Shown here piece by piece: positions 9,281 to 17,817 of a DNA stretch of 64,000 nt; positions within the stretch are counted from its first letter, which is position 1, and each line of letters starts with the position of its first letter. Source of the stretch: Myxococcota bacterium. GTDB lineage: Bacteria; Myxococcota_A; Polyangia; HGW-17. The translations under genes and the position numbers were made by a program. The stretch lies in the NCBI GenBank assembly GCA_018817795.1, contig JAHITJ010000208.1:43989-107988 (forward strand), given 5' to 3'. The notes beneath the pieces are model-generated. The model saw only the letters and a program-made list of their open reading frames with translations, was not told where the DNA came from and did no database searches.

Positions 9281-10522
9281 ATGACCAGACGCATTGCGTT
9301 CTTCAGAAACACCCGCGGTCAGGCCCTCGTGGAGTTCGTCGTGGCCGTGCCCACGATGGTCCTGATCTTCCTGTTCTCGCAGTTCTTCTACGAGGCCATC
9401 CAGGTCAAGCTCAAGACCCAGGAGATGGCCCGCTACATGGCCTGGGAGTTCACCGGCCGCGCCCTGCACGACTATGACGACGGATCCTTCAAATACTCCG
9501 ATGTCTCCACCGAGATCAAGACCGACGCCGCGAACCGCTTCTCCAACCTGCGCTCGACGGACCTTCGCAACGACGCGGACATGGCGCTGGCGGGCAAGTG
9601 GACGGTCAACACCCCCACCACCCAGAACGGCGCCGAGCCCCTGCTGCCCGGCGGCACGCTGTTCTCCATCGGCGGCTTCCCCATCGACATCAACATGGTG
9701 TTCAGGTTCGCCGGCTACGTGCTCGACGGCCTGCGGCTATTGTCCATCGCCAAGCACCCCAATGTGTACTGGGCCGCGATGGCGGCCTACTACACCATCC
9801 AGGAGAACACGATGTTCGGAGGAGGGGCGCTGAGCCGGTTCAATCCACCATCGGGATGGAAGCTCAACACGCGGGGCTACATCCGGACCCAGGTGCGCGT
9901 GACGTTCGAGAACATGTGGCTCAACAACATCATGGCCATCTCGGGCGACAAGTTCTGGAGCAAGGACAACCAGGGCAAGTCCGAGATGCGCTCGAGCATC
10001 CGCCGCCTGCGCTTCACGGAGACCTACTACCTGCTCGCGGACCAATGGGAGCTGCACCAGCCCGACGACGTCGTCGGTCCCTCCTCCTCGGGTACCGCCT
10101 ATTACAAGCAGATCAACCGCATGGCCTTCATGGACAACTCCATGCGCCGCGTGCTCAAGGGCTTCACCGACGCGGTGAAGTACGGCACCGACATCGTGGC
10201 GTACATGGCCTTCCAGCCCACGCTGGGCATGTCCGACCTCACCCAGGTCGGCCTGGTCTCGAAGAACTACGAGGGCGGCAGCGGCGGTCGCGAGAGCGGC
10301 CAGATCGAGATCGACGAAGACAGCGGCAAGAAGACCTACGACACCAGCCCCATGATGGACAAGTCCACGAGCAATGTCGGCGTGAAGATGTACGAGGAGA
10401 GCCGCTCCACCCGTGGCAACAACTATATGGCCTGTCCCCAGGTGGAATCCCTGGGCTGCACGTCGTCGCTGTCGCAGGACAATCCTTTCGGGGATTACAT
10501 CATCCCCGAGGAGCTTGAGTAA
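9281..10522 (+). CDS. TadE/TadF-like minor pilin
   Basis: RGQALVEFVVAVPTMVLIFLF prepilin motif then ARYMAWE; co-oriented with Tad genes. Confidence 0.82.
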   Translation: MTRRIAFFRNTRGQALVEFVVAVPTMVLIFLFSQFFYEAIQVKLKTQEMARYMAWEFTGRALHDYDDGSFKYSDVSTEIKTDAANRFSNLRSTDLRNDADMALAGKWTVNTPTTQNGAEPLLPGGTLFSIGGFPIDINMVFRFAGYVLDGLRLLSIAKHPNVYWAAMAAYYTIQENTMFGGGALSRFNPPSGWKLNTRGYIRTQVRVTFENMWLNNIMAISGDKFWSKDNQGKSEMRSSIRRLRFTETYYLLADQWELHQPDDVVGPSSSGTAYYKQINRMAFMDNSMRRVLKGFTDAVKYGTDIVAYMAFQPTLGMSDLTQVGLVSKNYEGGSGGRESGQIEIDEDSGKKTYDTSPMMDKSTSNVGVKMYEESRSTRGNNYMACPQVESLGCTSSLSQDNPFGDYIIPEELE

Positions 10523-10537
10523 CGGAGGTATGACGCC

Positions 10538-11323
10538 ATGAAACGGTTCACCCGTATTCTTTTTCTGACTGTCGCGTTCTTCGCCGTCTCCGCCACGGCG
10601 TGGTTCCTCTCCGCTCGTGAATCGGGTGCCACCGCGGCCCGCGCACCCACGAGCATGCATCGCTTCTGGCCTGCGCCCATGCCCGCCTATCCGATGGCCC
10701 AGGAGATGCCCATGTCCGACGACATGGTCATGGGCCAGGCGCGCATGAAGATGGCCTGGTTCCGCACCGCCGACGAGCCCCTCAAGGTCTCGCTCTACTA
10801 CGAGGGCATCTGGGAGTCGGCCGGCTACTACGTCACCCGCGAGGTGCACCCGTACGGCGGCAAGGTCGCCGCCCTGGACCTGAAGTCCAACCTGCTGCGC
10901 CAGGTGGTCATGACCCGCGAGGGCGACCAGACCTCCGTGTACGTGTCCCTGATCATGGGTTCCCCGGCTCAACTGATGAAAGGCGGCGCCACCGACACCG
11001 CCCTGCCGCTGATGGCCGGCGCCGAGGGCGTCACCCAGCTGGGCTCCCGCGATCCCATGGCCAACACCTCCGTGATCGCCTACGTCGACCGCGAGACCGT
11101 CGAGGACAACGTGATCTTCTACCAGAAGGAGATGCCCGCCCGCGGCTACACCCTGTCGGCCGACCACGGCAAGCTCAAGGCCATCACCGAGAAGATGGGC
11201 ACGAACATCAACGTCATGATCTTCGCCCGCGAAGGCGAGGAGGTCACCATCTCGGTGTCCCCCGTCGACGACAGCGAGCTCACGCGCGTGCACATTACCC
11301 GCGTGCGCGGAAAGGGACGGTGA
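10538..11323 (+). CDS. Hypothetical exported protein in the Tad minor-pilin operon
   Basis: GGAGG RBS, N-terminal hydrophobic segment, two similar halves (PLKVSLYYEGIWESAGY / VEDNVIFYQKEMPARGY), strong GC3 bias. Confidence 0.75.
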   Translation: MKRFTRILFLTVAFFAVSATAWFLSARESGATAARAPTSMHRFWPAPMPAYPMAQEMPMSDDMVMGQARMKMAWFRTADEPLKVSLYYEGIWESAGYYVTREVHPYGGKVAALDLKSNLLRQVVMTREGDQTSVYVSLIMGSPAQLMKGGATDTALPLMAGAEGVTQLGSRDPMANTSVIAYVDRETVEDNVIFYQKEMPARGYTLSADHGKLKAITEKMGTNINVMIFAREGEEVTISVSPVDDSELTRVHITRVRGKGR

Positions 11324-11327
11324 CCGC

Positions 11328-11501
11328 ATGAAGGATCTCCGCTCCACCTCCGGCCAGAGCATGGTCGAGTACTCCCTGCTGATGGCCTCGATCCTCGGCT
11401 CCATCACGATCATGGGCTTCGACCTGTTCCCCCGCTTCGTGCACGCCTTCCAGTTGTACTTCGATTCGTACTACATCATCCTGAACCTGCCCATCCCCTG
11501 A
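11328..11501 (+). CDS. Small Flp-type pilin (57 aa), absent from the ORF track
   Basis: MKDLRSTSGQSMVEYSLLMASILGSITIMGFDLFPRFVHAFQLYFDSYYIILNLPIP; G-Q-S-M-V-E-Y Flp motif plus hydrophobic helix; starts 4 nt after the previous stop. Confidence 0.85.
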   Translation: MKDLRSTSGQSMVEYSLLMASILGSITIMGFDLFPRFVHAFQLYFDSYYIILNLPIP

Positions 11502-11650
11502 GCGGATCTGAGCGGATCTGAACAAACCTGAACGGTCCTGTCGGAGCCGTCGGACCCGTCGGAGTTCTTCCTCGTGGTCGGCCACACCCAAGCTCTTTCC
11601 CGCGACCGCCAAGCTCTTTCCCGCGACCGCCATGGTCTTTCCCACAACCA
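11501..11650. repeat. Cluster of short tandem repeats (10-, 9- and 21-bp units)
   Basis: AGCGGATCTG x2 plus two degenerate 10-mers (11501-11540); TCGGASCCG-like 9-mer x3 (11541-11567); CCAAGCTCTTTCCCGCGACCG x2 plus a degenerate copy (11588-11650). Confidence 0.85.
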
Positions 11651-11819
11651 ATTGGACGGCCCGGTGCAGCAGTGCGGCCTCCGGAGTGTCGTCGCGGTCG
11701 GTGTCGGACTCGCGCGCTTCCCCGATCGTCTCCCGGAGGCGCTTCGTGAGTCGCGTGGAGACAGTGGCGGCCAGGTGCGCGATGTCCTCGTTCGTGGGCT
11801 GCGGGGTAGCCGGAGCCGT

Positions 11820-12851
11820 TTACAGTCTGCGGCGGTACACCTTCAGGCGAGTCCCGAGCATGTTCGTCTCCTTGAGGGCCATGAGGTCGCCCATCACGCA
11901 GTATTCCAGCGGTGCCGATTCCGGGTCGAAGGTCAGGGAACCGTCGGGCTGCACATACAGGGAACCGCCGCCGCCTTCTTCTCCCATCGATTTCTCGATG
12001 GCACAGCCGCAGATCCCGGACTCCAGGCGACAGGGGGGTGAACAGGACCAGCCATGGAGCGACATGCAGGACTCAGTGAGATAGGTGAACTCGTAGATGA
12101 CGTGCTGCCGGAAGGCGCTGTAATGGACCTCCTGGACCTGTTCGTCGACGCGGGGGTTCACCGTGAAGCGCTCGGTGAAGTCCAGGGTGTGAAACTGGTT
12201 GAACCCGAACGGCCCGCAATCGGAGAAGTCTTCCCCGCCGCTCCAGGAGACTCCAGCCAGCGACTCGATGGTCCCGAAGGCCATCACCGTCTCCCAGTCC
12301 CCGGTCAGGTCTCCGCCGCAGGACACGAAGGGATAGTCGGTGCCCAGGTTGGGCGCGAGCCCGGACGGGGCCGGCACCCTGCCGACGAACGAGTTGAAGC
12401 GCGAGGCGCTGGCCGTGAGTCCTCCGACCGAGTACGCCGAGTCGCCCTGGCAGCGCCAGCCCTCCGTGTCCCGACCCAGCAGGCAGGCCAGAGGCGAGGA
12501 CTCCTTCTGAGTTGCCCCCCCACCCGGCAGGGTGAGCGTGTAGCGGCCCTCCAGCGCGGCGCCGCCCTCGGCGCGGACCGCGTAGAGGCAGCCGGAGAAG
12601 TCCGGGTGGCGCAGATAGCCGTCGCAGGTCACCCGCTCCAGAATCACGGTGGCGTCGGTGGTGAGCGCGCCGGCAGGCACGTCCACCCTCGCCCCGTCCT
12701 CGAGGGCGACGCTGCCGCCCTCGGCTGCAGTCACCCAATTCGCCTGCTCGGCGGGCGGCGGGACCTCCTTCAATGGAGTGTCCTTCGTGTCGTCGCAGGC
12801 GACGACGCCCAGGAACCCGGACAACAGCAGCATGGAAAGGATGATTCGCAT
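11820..12851 (-). CDS. Cys-rich lipoprotein with ZU5-like N-terminal domain
   Basis: Lipobox-like VVAC; AAEGGSVALEDGARVDVPAGAL resembles ZU5-like domains; CGGDLTGDW motif; paralog of the adjacent gene. Confidence 0.75.
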   Translation of the reverse strand: MRIILSMLLLSGFLGVVACDDTKDTPLKEVPPPAEQANWVTAAEGGSVALEDGARVDVPAGALTTDATVILERVTCDGYLRHPDFSGCLYAVRAEGGAALEGRYTLTLPGGGATQKESSPLACLLGRDTEGWRCQGDSAYSVGGLTASASRFNSFVGRVPAPSGLAPNLGTDYPFVSCGGDLTGDWETVMAFGTIESLAGVSWSGGEDFSDCGPFGFNQFHTLDFTERFTVNPRVDEQVQEVHYSAFRQHVIYEFTYLTESCMSLHGWSCSPPCRLESGICGCAIEKSMGEEGGGGSLYVQPDGSLTFDPESAPLEYCVMGDLMALKETNMLGTRLKVYRRRL

Positions 12852-12860
12852 TTTAATAGC

Positions 12861-13868
12861 TCACTTTCTTCGGTATACCCAGACCGCGTCGCTGCCGGAT
12901 CCGACCCACGGTATGTGATAGAAGAGCCAGTCCCCGATGACGCAAAGATCACTCCGTGTCGAGAACTCGGACATGGAGTACCCATCTTCAACTTCATACA
13001 GGAAAATATCACCATAACCGCCTTCCTCGTAAGGGGCACGGCACGCACAGAGCCCGTTGACATTTTCGCACCAGGGCGTCTGGACCGAGCATTCATACCC
13101 GGCGGTCGCCAGGCAGGCGTCGGTCATGATTTGCAGGATATAGCCGGTGGTGTATTCTTGCCGGTGTCCGTCCCCCACCCAGGGTTGTCCCGACGAGGGC
13201 GAGAAGGTGAGGGTTTCAGTCTTGTGGGTGATTACTCCCTCGTAATAACTGAACGGCTCACACCTTTCGAAGCCGGGATCCTTTGTCAGTGTGATGCTCG
13301 TGAATGCTTCCTGGGGCCCGACATAGAAAACGAACTCCCACTCTCCGAAGATGTCGCCCCCGCACAAGCCGAACTCCAGATCGGCCATCAGGTTCATCGA
13401 GTCGGTCTGGGGAACCTGCTGATGCAACACGAACGTGGAGAACCGTGAGGCGGAGGTGGTCGCGCTCCCGGAGTTGGTCCTTGCCTCGGCCTGGCAGCGC
13501 CATCCGTCCCCGGTCATGGAGAAGACGCACGAAGGCACGGCCGCAGGGTCGCGACCCGGCAGCGTCAGTTCGTAGCGGTCCGCCAGCGAGGCGCCGTCGG
13601 CAGCGGACACCTCGTAGGCGCAGGAAGCGAACTCCGCCGCCTGGAGGGTGCGCCCGCAGGCCACCCTGGTGAACGTGACCTCGGCGTCCTGCGACAGCGC
13701 GCCCGGCGGGAACACCACCCGGGCGCCGTCGGGCAGCACGAGGGTCCCGCCCTCGGCCGCGACGACGAACGCCGAGACCGAGACAGGGTGCTCGGGTACC
13801 TCCCGCACCGTCGAATCATCACAACCGACCCAGAACGCGAAGACGACTAAGAACAGATGACGAAACAT
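12861..13868 (-). CDS. Cys-rich lipoprotein, tandem paralog of 11820-12851
   Basis: MFRHLFLVVFAFWVGC lipobox; AAEGGTLVLPDGARVVFPPGAL; CGGDIFGEW; ends VYRRK versus VYRRRL in the paralog. Confidence 0.78.
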   Translation of the reverse strand: MFRHLFLVVFAFWVGCDDSTVREVPEHPVSVSAFVVAAEGGTLVLPDGARVVFPPGALSQDAEVTFTRVACGRTLQAAEFASCAYEVSAADGASLADRYELTLPGRDPAAVPSCVFSMTGDGWRCQAEARTNSGSATTSASRFSTFVLHQQVPQTDSMNLMADLEFGLCGGDIFGEWEFVFYVGPQEAFTSITLTKDPGFERCEPFSYYEGVITHKTETLTFSPSSGQPWVGDGHRQEYTTGYILQIMTDACLATAGYECSVQTPWCENVNGLCACRAPYEEGGYGDIFLYEVEDGYSMSEFSTRSDLCVIGDWLFYHIPWVGSGSDAVWVYRRK

Positions 13869-13981
13869 GGCAGGCATCTCTCCGAAAATTTTCATACCAC
13901 GCCACAACGTCTTGTCAACCCGGTTTTTCCACCAAGGGAAAACGGATCGCTCACATCAAATAATCATTCCCTGACAAGCTC

Positions 13982-16207
13982 CTAGGGAAGGACCGTGACG
14001 TAGGTCAGTGAATCAATGGTGGTGCCATCCCCCAGTTGACCGTACTGGTTGTCACCCCAGCATCGCATCGAGTTCAGCGAAGTGCCCGTCAGGAGGCAGG
14101 AGTGCAGCCCTCCCAGAGCGTGCCTGGGCGCCGTCATCCCGGAGTTCACTGGAGACAACTTATCCTGGGTCGTGCCATCGCTCAACTGCCCGTCGGAGTT
14201 CAAACCCCAGCAATAGGTGTTGTAATAGGTTCCCGCCAGGACGCTGTTCATGCACGTGTGATCATCTCCGGCATAAACGTAGTACATGACGGTGCTGGAG
14301 AAGGAGGAGTTGATCTGGGTCGGAACCAGCCGGGTCGTGGTCGTTCCGTCCCCCAACTGGCCAACGTCGTTCAAACCCCAGCAGTACCCCTTTCGCGAGG
14401 GGGGAATCGTGTTGGTCGCGGTGGTCGCGCAGACATGGTCATTGCCTGCCGAGAGCGAGTAGACGTTGCTCAGCGAGGCCACCGTCACCGGGACGTGGCT
14501 GTCGGTGATCGAGTTGATGCCCAGTTGTCCGGTGGAATTCTGTCCCCAGCAGCGGACCGTCCTGTCGGTGAGCCGCGCACAGGTAAAGGCATATCCGGCG
14601 GTGATCATGTCGGCCCCGGTCAGGCCGCTGACCGCAACGGGCGTGCGACGGTTGGTGGTGCTGTTGTCCCCCAACTGCCCCTTCCAGTTGTATCCCCAGC
14701 ACCAGGCCGTCCCGTCGGTCTTGACCGCACAGGTGTGGGCATATCCGGCGTCAAGGGCAGCCACGCCGGAGATTCCTGAGACCACCACCGGCGTGTTGCG
14801 GGTGGTGGTGGTGTTGTCCCCCAGCTGGCCGGAACTGTTATAGCCCCAGCACATGACCGTCCCGTCGGTCTTGACTGCACAGGTGTGGTTCGCGCCTGCG
14901 GTCACATAGGCTGCCGAGGTGATGTTCAGCACGCTCACGGGTGTGAACCGGGTGGTGGTGGTGTTGTCTCCCAGTTGACCGTAGTTGTTGCGACCCCAGC
15001 ATCGGACGGTCCCGTCGGAAACCACCGCGCACGTGTGGTATCGACCGGCTGCGATGTCCACGATGTTCAGGCAGCCCGCCGTGTCAGGCACGCAAGCACC
15101 AGTACAGCCAAGGGTTCCGGTGAAGTAGCCCTCCGTGCGGCAGGTATGCCCACCAAGTTCCGATCCGTCGCAGGCCTCGTAGGTTCCCTGCACGGTGCCA
15201 TCTCCACACCAGCCTCCGCAGCCCGAGTCATCGAGCGTGCAGCCCAGACAGGTAAGGGTTCCAGGATAATATCCAAGTCCCACGCAGGTCTCCCCTGCCA
15301 GGTTGTCTCCATCGCACTCCTCGTGCAACGCCTGGATATCACCGTCTCCGCAGCGACCCGCGGAGATGCAGGATGCGAGATCGAAGACACAGTCATTCAA
15401 ACAGGACAGCGTACCACCGTAGTACTCCAGGCTTGTGCAGCTCGCACCACCCAGTGCATCGCCGTCGCAGGCCTCCCCATACACGTCCTGGATCGCCCCG
15501 TCACCGCAGCGGCCGATGGAAATGCAATCGGTGAGGATGTAGGCGGAGCAATCGTCCTCGCAGGCCAGCGCGCCGCCATGATACCCCATTTCAGCGCACG
15601 TCTGTCCGGCCAAATCAGCGCCGTCGCACACCTCCCCCGCCTGGACCTGGGCCGTATCGTCGCCGCAGCGTCCTTCCCCGGAGCAGCCCGACTCGTCGAA
15701 GTCGGCGCAGTTGGCCTGACAGCCCAGGGTACCACCGTAGTACCCCAACCCCTCGCAGGTCTGACCGCTGAGATCCTCACCATCGCAAACCTCCTCCTGG
15801 CCAGTCTGGGTGATTCCATCCCCGCAGCGCCCCACCACGGCACAGGCAGACTCGTCATAAGCTGCACAGTCTGTCGCGCACGCAAGCGTGCCGCCATAAT
15901 ACCCCAGACCCTCGCAGGTCTGTTGCAACTGTGCCGAGGGTTCGCACATCTCGCCATATTCAGTTTCAATCTCTCCGTCCCCGCACCAGCCACCGCAATC
16001 ACTGCGATCCCAGGTGCAGTTGGCGTTGCAGCGCAACTGCCCCGAGATGGCATAATGCCCGAGCGTGAAGCAACTCTCGCTCCCGATACCCGAATCGCAC
16101 TCCTCGCCTGGATCGACGATGCCATCCCCGCAAGCATCTACCGTCGTGGGATCGACATCACAGGACATCACCAATACAAGCGTCAACGGCAACAGGAACT
16201 TGTACAT
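13982..16207 (-). CDS. Lipoprotein with seven Cys-rich repeats and a C-terminal RCC1-like beta-propeller
   Basis: GGAGG RBS, MYKFLLPLTLVLVMSC lipobox; 7 x CGD(G/D)...E-x-C...C...G-x-L-x-C...C; then repeated AG-x-x-HTC...CWG-x-N-x-x-GQLGD RCC1 units. Confidence 0.9.
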   Translation of the reverse strand: MYKFLLPLTLVLVMSCDVDPTTVDACGDGIVDPGEECDSGIGSESCFTLGHYAISGQLRCNANCTWDRSDCGGWCGDGEIETEYGEMCEPSAQLQQTCEGLGYYGGTLACATDCAAYDESACAVVGRCGDGITQTGQEEVCDGEDLSGQTCEGLGYYGGTLGCQANCADFDESGCSGEGRCGDDTAQVQAGEVCDGADLAGQTCAEMGYHGGALACEDDCSAYILTDCISIGRCGDGAIQDVYGEACDGDALGGASCTSLEYYGGTLSCLNDCVFDLASCISAGRCGDGDIQALHEECDGDNLAGETCVGLGYYPGTLTCLGCTLDDSGCGGWCGDGTVQGTYEACDGSELGGHTCRTEGYFTGTLGCTGACVPDTAGCLNIVDIAAGRYHTCAVVSDGTVRCWGRNNYGQLGDNTTTTRFTPVSVLNITSAAYVTAGANHTCAVKTDGTVMCWGYNSSGQLGDNTTTTRNTPVVVSGISGVAALDAGYAHTCAVKTDGTAWCWGYNWKGQLGDNSTTNRRTPVAVSGLTGADMITAGYAFTCARLTDRTVRCWGQNSTGQLGINSITDSHVPVTVASLSNVYSLSAGNDHVCATTATNTIPPSRKGYCWGLNDVGQLGDGTTTTRLVPTQINSSFSSTVMYYVYAGDDHTCMNSVLAGTYYNTYCWGLNSDGQLSDGTTQDKLSPVNSGMTAPRHALGGLHSCLLTGTSLNSMRCWGDNQYGQLGDGTTIDSLTYVTVLP

Positions 16208-16471
16208 GAAAAACCTCCTCCGAGCAGGGACGCAAAACTCACGATGCAAACAAATGGGTACCTGCATGGGTCCCCATGTATTTGTCAGACCCCATCGTCC
16301 CACCATCCCTTCTCCGGTCCAGGGCACTGTGGGCTGAAAGGGATTACTATCGGATCTTCGCCTCCGAAAATGACTATCCCCGGGAAAAAGCAGGATGTCA
16401 AGGCGGCGGCAGAATAAAAATACTCCTGGCATCCAGCCGAAGGCCTTGTGGATCAGGTCCTGCTGACATGT

Positions 16472-17815
16472 TCAACTCTCGGTGACGGTGGACACCAGCG
16501 CGAGGTGGCGGAAGAACAGGGCCGTGAGCTGGGCCAGCCATGCCGTGGACAGGGCCTCGGTCTCGGCTGACAGTTCGATCCGGCAGGCGGCCTCGTTCTG
16601 CAGAAACGGCGGCGGCAGGGCAATCGCGCCCTGGGCCTTCACACGGATGGTGAACTGCGGGGGCACGTAGTGGACCTTCACGTCCAGGCGGGCGCGGGCA
16701 AAGCCCGGCAGCCGGTGCCTGGGCACGCACTCGAGGGCGAACTCCCGCCACTCACCCAGGTGCGAGTCGCGGACGACCGGATCCGTGAGCGTGATCTTGA
16801 GGTGGCTCGTCGGGGAGTCGCCCACCAACTGCTGCCAGGAGCGGAACAGCGCGCGGGAGAGCAGGTCGCAGGCCTTGGAGGCCGTGGCGGTCTGCTGGAT
16901 GTCCACGTTGGAGAGCGCGCCGATGCGCGCGTCGAGCTGGGCCAGCACCGTGCCGGGACCCTCGCCCGCGGCCGGACGCAGCTCCTCGAAGCGGCGGCCG
17001 CAGTAGGCGACCAGCTCGGCCTCGCCGGGGCGCTCCTGCCCGCGGGCCACGCGCAGGATCGTGTCGTAGAGCGCCAGGGCCACGGCTGGCAGCGCCACGG
17101 CGCCCTGGGGCGTGGTGGGAAGCATCGCGGTCTTCTTCTTGCCGGCCAGGCTCAGGATCGGACCCTGATCCGGATCCAGCGCCAGGAGCGCATCGTCGTA
17201 GGTGGCCGACGCAGGACCCTTCTTCTTCTTCTTCGACATCAACTTGGGCAACCGCGGCGCCAGCGCCGCCGGATCCAGCGGCGTCGCCAGCGGGTTCCTC
17301 GTGCGGGCGGTGGCCTCGGTCTCGTGTTCGTCGCCGACGGCCCCGCCGGACGCTTCGTCGTCGACGTACTCGTCGCCAAGTTCCAGGGACGCCTCCTCCT
17401 CGACCATCTCCGGATCGATCGAGACGACCTCGTCCTCCATGGAGGAGTAGAAACGGACGCGATCCTCCTCGAGCCGGTCGGAGAGGTTCTTCAACTCCTC
17501 GACGATGGCCACGAAGTACTCCACCGGCGCCAGGGAGGCCTGCCCGTCGATGGAGGTGCGCAGCGACTGCATCAGGTCCCACAGGGCCACCGTGGGCGTG
17601 AGCACCGCGGCGCGGGCGGCCGGGTTCAGGCTCGCCGAAAGCCAGCGGGGCGTGGAGGCGGTGAAGTGCCCGTGGAAGTCCTGATCGAAGCGGTTCCAGT
17701 CCTCGGTCAGGAACAGTTCAAGAAAGTCATCGCGACCGATGTAGCCGCTGAGGCGGCCGTGCCACTGCCGGCAGAACCGACGCACGTCGATGGACCACTG
17801 GACGAAATCCTGCAT
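16472..17815 (-). CDS. Hypothetical protein
   Basis: 447-aa frame with host-like GC3; ATG 2 nt after the MMPL stop; acidic central stretch and KKKKK patch; no recognised domain. Confidence 0.7.
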   Translation of the reverse strand: MQDFVQWSIDVRRFCRQWHGRLSGYIGRDDFLELFLTEDWNRFDQDFHGHFTASTPRWLSASLNPAARAAVLTPTVALWDLMQSLRTSIDGQASLAPVEYFVAIVEELKNLSDRLEEDRVRFYSSMEDEVVSIDPEMVEEEASLELGDEYVDDEASGGAVGDEHETEATARTRNPLATPLDPAALAPRLPKLMSKKKKKGPASATYDDALLALDPDQGPILSLAGKKKTAMLPTTPQGAVALPAVALALYDTILRVARGQERPGEAELVAYCGRRFEELRPAAGEGPGTVLAQLDARIGALSNVDIQQTATASKACDLLSRALFRSWQQLVGDSPTSHLKITLTDPVVRDSHLGEWREFALECVPRHRLPGFARARLDVKVHYVPPQFTIRVKAQGAIALPPPFLQNEAACRIELSAETEALSTAWLAQLTALFFRHLALVSTVTES

Positions 17816-17817
17816 GT

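Noticed and set aside
11588..11650. Possible mini-CRISPR array
   Set aside because: The 21-bp units are directly adjacent with no spacers, and no cas genes are in the window.
13982..15070. Diversity-generating retroelement target in the RCC1 repeats
   Set aside because: The repeats are ordinary in-frame blades; no reverse transcriptase or non-coding template copy is in the window.
16226..16260. GGGACGCAAAAC resembling the c-di-GMP-I (GEMM) riboswitch core
   Set aside because: It is antisense to the adjacent gene, and the upstream GCAAAC...GAAA stem is absent.
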